The translations under genes were made by a program, and so were the position numbers. Positions 27,420 through 33,663 of a DNA stretch of 33,663 nt are shown here, piece after piece. The stretch spans positions 1 to 33,663 of the forward strand of contig CAMWRO010000001.1 in NCBI GenBank assembly GCA_947176615.1, read 5' to 3'. A model generated the notes under the pieces. That model was not told where the DNA came from. It saw nothing but the letters and a program-made list of their open reading frames with translations, and did no database searches. Numbering within the stretch: position 1 is the stretch's first letter; each line of letters starts with the position of its first letter. This DNA is from an uncultured Porphyromonadaceae bacterium. GTDB lineage: Bacteria; Bacteroidota; Bacteroidia; Bacteroidales; Muribaculaceae.

Positions 27420-28445
27420 ATGAGAGATTGGAGTAGTATTTGCCGGTCCATGAGATATGCGAATACGCAGACTGAAATTGAATATCAAAACTCTCTTAAA
27501 GATTTGCTTTTAGAGAATGGTCTTGGCTGGAGTGATGAACAGATAAGCGAACAGCCGACCTTGCAACTGGGATCTACCGAAAGGCTGATTCCCGATATCG
27601 TTGTCTCCAAAGATGACAAAAATAAATTTGTAATTGAAATAAAGAAACCGAGCCATATAAAGACTCAAAAGAATATCGAGCAGCTGGTTTCTTATATGAA
27701 ACAGCTTGAGGTCCCCGTCGGTATATATATCGGTGATGAAATAGAGGTATATTATAAAAAAATAGGCGATGGTTCTCGGCCGGTTTCCGTGTTGAGAGCA
27801 ATATTTGATGCTAATGAGGCCGGGGGCCCCGATTTTGTGTCACTTTTTTCCGAAGACAAGTTCTCGGTTGATTCCATCTTGGAATATATAAAAAAGCAGG
27901 AATCTAAATTGAAGTTTAAATCTGACGTGGATAGATTGCTTTCTGAAATTACGTCAGATAAATTTCAAAAAGACGTGTTTGACGCGTTGAAAAAATATCT
28001 CGTGGAACGAGGGGAGAATGTGGATGTCATAGAGTCGGCGTTAAGCCAAGTGGTTTTTAATGTGAGCATACCCGCGTCAGAATCGCTTAATGCTGAAGGG
28101 CGGGCGAGCAATGACGGTATTCGTGAGTCAAATGGTGTTTCACAGATGAAACGCAATAATGGAACTGTACAACGATATGCTTATGGCTTGATACGGCAAA
28201 TATTGGAGAAAAATTACGCTTTGAGATTCCGGCAATTATATGAATTATTCGGCAGAAAAAATTTTATTGAGGACATAAACCAAGTACGAGATGCCAGACG
28301 ATGGTTTATGGATGAAAGCGATATTATTAAGACAATTGATGGAATAAAAGTAGTGGTTTCTAATCAATGGGGGTTAAACAACAATAGCAAGCCTAAAATG
28401 GACAGGCTCAGAAGTATTGCAAAAGAACAAGGTATTGAGGTATAA
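27420..28445 (+). CDS. Stand-alone PD-(D/E)xK nuclease of the HsdR N-terminal type with uncharacterised C-terminal domain; AT-rich
   Basis: E...PDIV...IEIKKP...EQLVSYM (QxxxY) motifs; no helicase motifs in 341 aa. Confidence 0.78.
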   Translation: MRDWSSICRSMRYANTQTEIEYQNSLKDLLLENGLGWSDEQISEQPTLQLGSTERLIPDIVVSKDDKNKFVIEIKKPSHIKTQKNIEQLVSYMKQLEVPVGIYIGDEIEVYYKKIGDGSRPVSVLRAIFDANEAGGPDFVSLFSEDKFSVDSILEYIKKQESKLKFKSDVDRLLSEITSDKFQKDVFDALKKYLVERGENVDVIESALSQVVFNVSIPASESLNAEGRASNDGIRESNGVSQMKRNNGTVQRYAYGLIRQILEKNYALRFRQLYELFGRKNFIEDINQVRDARRWFMDESDIIKTIDGIKVVVSNQWGLNNNSKPKMDRLRSIAKEQGIEV

Positions 28446-28451
28446 AATGAT

Positions 28452-28964
28452 CTATTCTTTTCCATATTCCTCCCCTGTTTCGGCGGCGAGGAGTATCGAG
28501 GGGGTATCAAGAGTGTAGTCGGCGGGGATGTACTGTGGTGCGGATTCGCTCGTGAAGCCGGCGAGATAGCGGAGAACGGCGCCGATACAGCGGCCGGGGT
28601 GTTTTCTGATGTCGGTCTCCCAGAACCGGAACACTTTCCACCCATCTGCAGAAAGAGTGGTGTTGACACGGCGGTCGCGCTCGATGTTGCGCTCTATTTT
28701 CGCAATCCAGAAGTCGCGGTTCCCCTTCAGGTTTTTCTTTTTATCTTCCCAGTCGCGCCCGTGCCAGAACTCGCCGTCGACAAATATGGCCAGCCGGTAT
28801 TTCCTGATACAGAAATCGGGCCGTCCGGTGACATTTTTAGGATGTTTGCGGTAACGCAGGCCGCAACTCCACAGCAATCGGCCCAAGGCCAGTTCAGGCT
28901 TGGTTCCGAAACTTTTATTGGCCTGCATACAGCGGCGGCGTTGTTGGGGAGTCAGGACATCCAT
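28452..28964 (-). CDS. vsr: Very short patch repair endonuclease Vsr
   Basis: MDVLTPQQRRRCM, TKPE, GRPDF, FVDGEFWHG, FWIAKIERNIERD, GWKVFRFWE. Start at ATG 28964. Confidence 0.93.
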   Translation of the reverse strand: MDVLTPQQRRRCMQANKSFGTKPELALGRLLWSCGLRYRKHPKNVTGRPDFCIRKYRLAIFVDGEFWHGRDWEDKKKNLKGNRDFWIAKIERNIERDRRVNTTLSADGWKVFRFWETDIRKHPGRCIGAVLRYLAGFTSESAPQYIPADYTLDTPSILLAAETGEEYGKE

Positions 28965-29057
28965 GATAATATAAAAACGTTTAAACATGGCGACAGATTT
29001 TGTAGGGAGGCTTTAATTTTTTAGACACCAAGCGTTGGGAATGGCGGCAAATCTTTG

Positions 29058-29065
29058 TAACTTTG
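29058..29065 (+). promoter_or_regulatory. -7 element (TAACTTTG) for pta-ackA-ddh
   Basis: Consensus match 58 nt upstream of pta. Confidence 0.65.
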
Positions 29066-29123
29066 CGGCTATCGAATCATAGGATATAAAAATTACCTAA
29101 ATATAGAATCAATCCTAAGAGTT

Positions 29124-30140
29124 ATGGGACTTTTTGACAAACTTACTGAAAATGCCAAGGCCATGCGCCAGCGCATCGTGTTGCCCGAAGGCACCGAGCC
29201 TCGCACACTGACTGCGGCCGACCGCATCATCGCCGACGAAATCGCCGACGTTATCCTCATTGGCGACCCCAAAGAGATTATGGGTATGGCCAAGGAGCTG
29301 TCGCTTGACAATATATCGCGCGCTACAATCGTCAATCCCGCCGACGAGAAGGTTATCGACAAGTATGCGCCGCTTTTCTTTGACCTTCGCAAGAGCAAGG
29401 GTATAACGATGGAGCAGGCGCGCATGACTGCCGCCAACCCGCTTTATCTCGGCTGCCTCATGGTAAAGGCCGGTGACGCCGACGGTCAGGTGGCTGGTGC
29501 GATGAACACTACCGGCAACGTGCTCCGCGCTGCTTTTCAGGTAATCAAGACAATGCCCGGCATCAGTGTCGTTTCGGGCGCTTTCGTCATGGTGCTTCCC
29601 GAGGATTCTCCTTTCGGCACCAACGGATTGCTGATTTTCGCCGACTGCGCCGTGGTGCCCGACCCCACTGCCGCCGAGCTCGCGCAGATTGCCGTGTCGT
29701 CGGCCAAGACTGCCCGTGACATCGCCGGAATCGAGCCGCGTGTCGCCATCCTCAGCTATTCGACCAAGGGTAGCGCCAAGAGCGAGCGTGTCGACAAGGT
29801 TATCGAGGCTGCCAAGCTTGCCCATGAGCTTGACCCCGATCTGAATCTTGACGGCGAATTGCAGGCCGATGCCGCCCTCGTTCCCAGCGTGGCTCACAGC
29901 AAGGCTCCCGACAGCCCCCTCAGTGGCCGTGCCAACGTACTCGTGTTCCCCTCGCTCGAAGTGGGCAACATCGCCTACAAGCTCGTGCAGCGTCTTGGCG
30001 GCGTTCAGGCCGTGGGTCCCGTTCTTCAGGGCCTTGCCGCTCCGGTCAACGACCTGTCGCGCGGATGTTTCCCCGAAGACATCTACAAGACTGTCATCAT
30101 CACCTGTAATCAGGCAATCGGTCTGAAAGCCGGAAAATAA
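29124..30140 (+). CDS. pta: Phosphate acetyltransferase
   Basis: [42 protein letters not shown]. Confidence 0.97.
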   Translation: MGLFDKLTENAKAMRQRIVLPEGTEPRTLTAADRIIADEIADVILIGDPKEIMGMAKELSLDNISRATIVNPADEKVIDKYAPLFFDLRKSKGITMEQARMTAANPLYLGCLMVKAGDADGQVAGAMNTTGNVLRAAFQVIKTMPGISVVSGAFVMVLPEDSPFGTNGLLIFADCAVVPDPTAAELAQIAVSSAKTARDIAGIEPRVAILSYSTKGSAKSERVDKVIEAAKLAHELDPDLNLDGELQADAALVPSVAHSKAPDSPLSGRANVLVFPSLEVGNIAYKLVQRLGGVQAVGPVLQGLAAPVNDLSRGCFPEDIYKTVIITCNQAIGLKAGK

Positions 30141-30175
30141 CGGAGTTACCAATCATCTAATCTCACTATAAAATC

Positions 30176-31375
30176 ATGAAAATTCTTGTCTTAAACTGCG
30201 GTAGCAGCTCGGTCAAATATAAGCTCATCGATACTGCCACATCTGACGTTATGGCCGAGGGCGGTGTCGAAAAAATCGGTCTCAACGACGGTTTCCTCAA
30301 ATATAAAAAAGCCGACGGCTCAAAGGCCATCGTCGAGCTCGGCCTTGCTGACCACAAGGGCGCTGTTCAGGCTATCCTCAATATCCTGACCGATCCTGTC
30401 GAAGGCTGCATCAAGAGCTATGACGAGATTGACGCCGTGGGTCACCGCGTCGTTCACGGCGGCGAGAAATTCAACGCCAGCGTTCTCATCGACGATGCAG
30501 TCAAGGCAAAAATCAAGGAGTGCTATGACATCGCCCCGCTGCACAATCCCGCCAACATGACCGGCATCGACGCTATAACCGCCCTCATGCCGAGCGTGCC
30601 TCAGGTGGCAGTGTTTGACACCGCTTTCCACCAGACGATGCCGGCCAAGAGCTACATGTATGCCCTCCCTTACAAATATTATAAGGAAGACGGTGTGCGC
30701 CGCTACGGGTTCCACGGAACCAGCCACCGTTATGTGTCGGCCCGCGTGTGCGAGTTCCTTGGAGTCGACATAAACACTCAGAAAATCATCACTTGCCACG
30801 TCGGCAACGGCGGTTCGATTACCGCAGTGCTCAACGGCAAGAGCGTGGATACATCGATGGGCCTGACCCCCACCGAGGGCCTGATGATGGGTACCCGCGT
30901 GGGCGATGTCGACCCGGGTGCGCTTGTCTACCTCATGCTCAAGCACAATCTCAGCGCGACCGATCTGCAGAAGATTATCAATAAAGATAGCGGCGTGGCC
31001 GGTGTCAGCGAAATTTCAAGCGACATGCGCGAAATCGAGGCTGCTGTCAATGCCGGTGACGAGCGCGCCACAATGGCTCTCGACATGTATGAGCAGCGTA
31101 TTATTAAATATGTGGGTGCCTATGCGGCCGAGATGGGCGGCGTCGACATCATCGTCTTCACAGGCGGTGTCGGCGAAAACCAGACAGGTGTGCGTGAAAA
31201 CGTGTGCGCTCCCCTCGCTTTCATGGGCGTGGAGATTGACAAGGAACTCAATGCCCGCACCCGTGGCACCGAGACTGTCATTTCAACCCCCGCGTCGCGC
31301 GTCAAGGTTGTGGTTATCCCCACTGACGAAGAACTCATGATTGCCCGCGATACCGAGGCAATCGTATCAAAATAA
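30176..31375 (+). CDS. ackA: Acetate kinase
   Basis: LNCGSSSVK, GHRVVHGG, APLHN, FDTAFH, YGFHGTSH, FTGGVGEN, PTDEE. Confidence 0.98.
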   Translation: MKILVLNCGSSSVKYKLIDTATSDVMAEGGVEKIGLNDGFLKYKKADGSKAIVELGLADHKGAVQAILNILTDPVEGCIKSYDEIDAVGHRVVHGGEKFNASVLIDDAVKAKIKECYDIAPLHNPANMTGIDAITALMPSVPQVAVFDTAFHQTMPAKSYMYALPYKYYKEDGVRRYGFHGTSHRYVSARVCEFLGVDINTQKIITCHVGNGGSITAVLNGKSVDTSMGLTPTEGLMMGTRVGDVDPGALVYLMLKHNLSATDLQKIINKDSGVAGVSEISSDMREIEAAVNAGDERATMALDMYEQRIIKYVGAYAAEMGGVDIIVFTGGVGENQTGVRENVCAPLAFMGVEIDKELNARTRGTETVISTPASRVKVVVIPTDEELMIARDTEAIVSK

Positions 31376-31384
31376 TAGAACACT

Positions 31385-32281
31385 ATGACTAAAATCAGAG
31401 CTGCCGTAGTCGGTTACGGCAATATAGGCCGGTTTGTGGTCGAGGCGCTTGAAACCGCCCCCGACTTTGAGATTGCCGGTGTCGTAAGGCGTAATGTCGC
31501 CGAAATCCCCGCCGAGATTTCCTGCTACAAAGTTGTCACTGACATCAAGGAACTCGGCACGGTAGATGTCGCCATCCTCTGCACCCCCACCCGCGAGGTA
31601 GAGAAGTATGCCCTTCAGTATCTTGCGATGGGCATCAACACAGTCGACAGTTTCGACATCCACACCTCTATTCTCGACCTGCGCCGCTCGCTCGACAAGG
31701 TTGCCCGCGAGCATGGCAAGGTTGCGGTAATCTCGGCCGGATGGGACCCCGGAAGCGACTCGGTAGTGCGCACGCTCCTTCAGGCCGCCGCCCCCAAGGG
31801 GTTGACCTATACCAATTTCGGCCCCGGCATGAGCATGGGCCACACCGTGTGTGTAAAGTCCAAGCCGGGCGTTAAAAACGCCCTGTCGATGACGATGCCC
31901 AAAGGCGACGGAATGCACCGCCGCATGGTGTATGTCGAGCTTGAAGACGGCGCATCGCTCGACGATGTCGCCCGCGCCGTGAAGGAAGACCCTTATTTCG
32001 CCTCTGACGAAACCCACGTCATGGCCGTTGCCTCGGTCGACGAGGTTAAGGATATGGGCCACGGAGTCCACATGGTGCGCAAGGGTGTTTCGGGCAAGAC
32101 CCAGAACCAGCGTTTCGAGTTCAACATGTCAATCAACAATCCCGCGTTGACCGCACAGCTCCTTGTCGGGGTTGCCCGCGCTTCGATGCGTCTTGCCCCG
32201 GGGGCCTACACGATGATTGAAATTCCTGTCATCGACCTCCTCCCCGGTGACCGCGAAGAACTCATCGCCCACCTTGTATAA
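31385..32281 (+). CDS. ddh: meso-diaminopimelate dehydrogenase
   Basis: GYGNIG Rossmann motif, VDSFDIH, GWDPGSDS, TNFGPGMSMGH, DMGHG, INNPALT. Confidence 0.95.
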   Translation: MTKIRAAVVGYGNIGRFVVEALETAPDFEIAGVVRRNVAEIPAEISCYKVVTDIKELGTVDVAILCTPTREVEKYALQYLAMGINTVDSFDIHTSILDLRRSLDKVAREHGKVAVISAGWDPGSDSVVRTLLQAAAPKGLTYTNFGPGMSMGHTVCVKSKPGVKNALSMTMPKGDGMHRRMVYVELEDGASLDDVARAVKEDPYFASDETHVMAVASVDEVKDMGHGVHMVRKGVSGKTQNQRFEFNMSINNPALTAQLLVGVARASMRLAPGAYTMIEIPVIDLLPGDREELIAHLV

Positions 32282-32296
32282 AGTGAAAAGTGAAAA

Positions 32297-32352
32297 GTGA
32301 AGGGTGAAGATAATATTTTAACAAGGTATTATCTTCACCCTTCACCTTTTTT
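32297..32352 (+). terminator. Rho-independent terminator after ddh, preceded by AAGTGAA heptamer repeats
   Basis: GTGAAGGGTGAAGATAATAT...GTATTATCTTCACCCTTCAC followed by a T-run. Confidence 0.8.
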
Positions 32353-32387
32353 ATGGGTTTGTCCCTGCATCGCGATTTATCGCTATA

Positions 32388-32495
32388 TATAAACCAAACG
32401 AGAAGATGTTGTCACAACGTCTTCTCGCTTAGATAATAAACCAATCATTATCACATTTCTTGCAATGGAAAAAGTAATTTTGCTATGTACTTTTA
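32388..32495 (-). ncRNA. Candidate small RNA
   Basis: ORF-free stretch ending on the - strand in a 13-bp hairpin (32399-32427) plus TTTGGTTT; this hairpin is separate from the ddh terminator. Boundaries and strand are tentative. Confidence 0.45.
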
Positions 32496-32592
32496 AAACA
32501 CGCGGCAGTCAGAATGGTTCACGGGAGAGATAAATTTTTTATCTTTTATGCGGAATTTGTATTTTTGTGGGAAAATTTTTAATTTTGTCATT

Positions 32593-32913
32593 ATGACAGC
32601 AGAAGAAAAACTTGCCATAGAAGAAAAAATCGTCATGATGCTCAAGACGGTTTATGACCCCGAGATACCCGTTGACATCTACAGTCTCGGCCTCATATAT
32701 AAGATAGACCTTGACGATGACGGCAATCTGAAGGTCGACATGACTCTCACCGCGCCCAACTGTCCCGCGGCTGATTTTCTTGTCGAGGATGCCCGCATAA
32801 AGCTGGAAAGCATCGACGGGATAAAGAGTGTCGACATCCGCATCGTCTTCGAGCCGGAGTGGACCAAGGATATGATGAGCGAGGAGGCCAAGCTCGACCT
32901 CGGTTTCCTGTAA
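32593..32913 (+). CDS. DUF59/SufT-PaaD-like Fe-S cluster assembly protein
   Basis: VYDPEIPVDIYSLGLIY, MTLTAPNCP, FEPEWTKDMMSEEAK. Start ATG 32593, downstream of TATTTTTG (32560-32567). Confidence 0.92.
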   Translation: MTAEEKLAIEEKIVMMLKTVYDPEIPVDIYSLGLIYKIDLDDDGNLKVDMTLTAPNCPAADFLVEDARIKLESIDGIKSVDIRIVFEPEWTKDMMSEEAKLDLGFL

Positions 32914-32931
32914 TTGTTCACAACACAGTCA

Positions 32932-33663
32932 ATGCGCGACCTGACCTATTTCATCAGCGACCTGCACCTCGGGGCGCGGTATATCAGCGACCCGAAGGCC
33001 CACGAGCGACGTGTTGTCGAGTTTCTGCACTCGATTGCGCCGCGCGCCCGCAGGCTGTTCCTCCTCGGTGACGTGCTCGACTACTGGTGGGAATACAAGA
33101 CGGTCGTCCCGCGCGGTCACACCCGCTTTTTCGGCGCGCTTGCCGAGCTTGCCGACGCCGGGGTTGAAATAACGTGGTTCAAAGGCAATCATGATATATG
33201 GATATTTGACTACCTTCCCGCTGAAATCGGTTTCACCCTTCATGACGGGGCGATGATAACCGAGATTGACGGTAAAAAATTTTTTCTCGAACATGGCGAC
33301 GGCGTGGGCGACCTTCCCCGGTCGTTCAGGATGCTGCGGTCGCTGTTCCGCTGCACGACGGCCCAGCGGCTCTACTCCCTCCTCCCCCCGAGGCTGACCG
33401 TCGGCTTTGCCCGGAGCTGGTCGTCACATTCCCGCAAGGCCGGAGGCTATGCCCCGGCACCCGAGAAGCCCGATGAAAATTCCCTTGTCAGGTTTGCGCG
33501 GGAATATAACCGCGAGAACCCCGGTGAAAATATCGATTATTTCGTTTTCGGCCACCAGCACATCATGCTCGATACCCCCGTTGCGCCCTCGTCGCGGGTG
33601 ATTGTTTTGGGCGATTGGATAAGCCGTTTTTCCTATGCCGTGTTTGATGGAAAAGAGATGAAA
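32932..33663 (+). CDS. lpxH: UDP-2,3-diacylglucosamine diphosphatase, 3' end truncated by the window edge
   Basis: Not in the ORF track (no stop in window). Manual translation gives MRDLTYFISDLHLG...LLGDVLDYW...KGNHDIW...EHGDG...FGHQH...LGDW, the LpxH metallophosphoesterase motifs. Confidence 0.92.
   Translation, partial: MRDLTYFISDLHLGARYISDPKAHERRVVEFLHSIAPRARRLFLLGDVLDYWWEYKTVVPRGHTRFFGALAELADAGVEITWFKGNHDIWIFDYLPAEIGFTLHDGAMITEIDGKKFFLEHGDGVGDLPRSFRMLRSLFRCTTAQRLYSLLPPRLTVGFARSWSSHSRKAGGYAPAPEKPDENSLVRFAREYNRENPGENIDYFVFGHQHIMLDTPVAPSSRVIVLGDWISRFSYAVFDGKEMK

Noticed and set aside
27420-28964. Complete restriction-modification system
   Set aside because: No methyltransferase or specificity subunit in the window.
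32929-33601. ORF-track ORFs 32929-33294(-), 32859-33071(+) and 33407-33601(+)
   Set aside because: They are shadows of the lpxH frame starting at 32932.

Overview
Chromosomal segment of a Bacteroidales bacterium. The gene content, TAnnTTTG -7 promoters, T9SS cargo proteins and moderately high GC suggest a Muribaculaceae-like organism (inference). It begins inside a tRNA-Ser(CGA) and ends inside lpxH, which the ORF track missed. The housekeeping backbone is cinA, tsaD, proA, dapF-dapL-glnA(GSIII)-purF-like, lolD-like ABC ATPase, pfkA, pta-ackA-ddh, a DUF59 Fe-S protein and lpxH. Secreted or surface proteins are a GH43, an FG-GAP propeller with T9SS tail, an S41 peptidase, a ~1490-aa adhesin-like T9SS protein, a NigD-like lipoprotein and an LRR-transglutaminase fusion. 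Three visibly AT-rich 1-2 gene cassettes interrupt the backbone with no integrase or transposase: an AAA+/DUF4143 ATPase-nuclease, a small ORF plus GNAT pair (TA-like), and a stand-alone HsdR_N-type nuclease facing an orphan vsr. The most interesting signals are (i) three exact 13-bp repeats at 23-bp period abutting the AAA+ gene promoter, with the gene bracketed by two long perfect palindromes; (ii) a GH43 with a lone FG-GAP-like blade next to a propeller protein with only six recognisable FG-GAP motifs; (iii) the GNAT pair with a non-canonical partner; and (iv) a candidate sRNA upstream of the DUF59 gene. No CRISPR array, prophage or IS transposase was seen.
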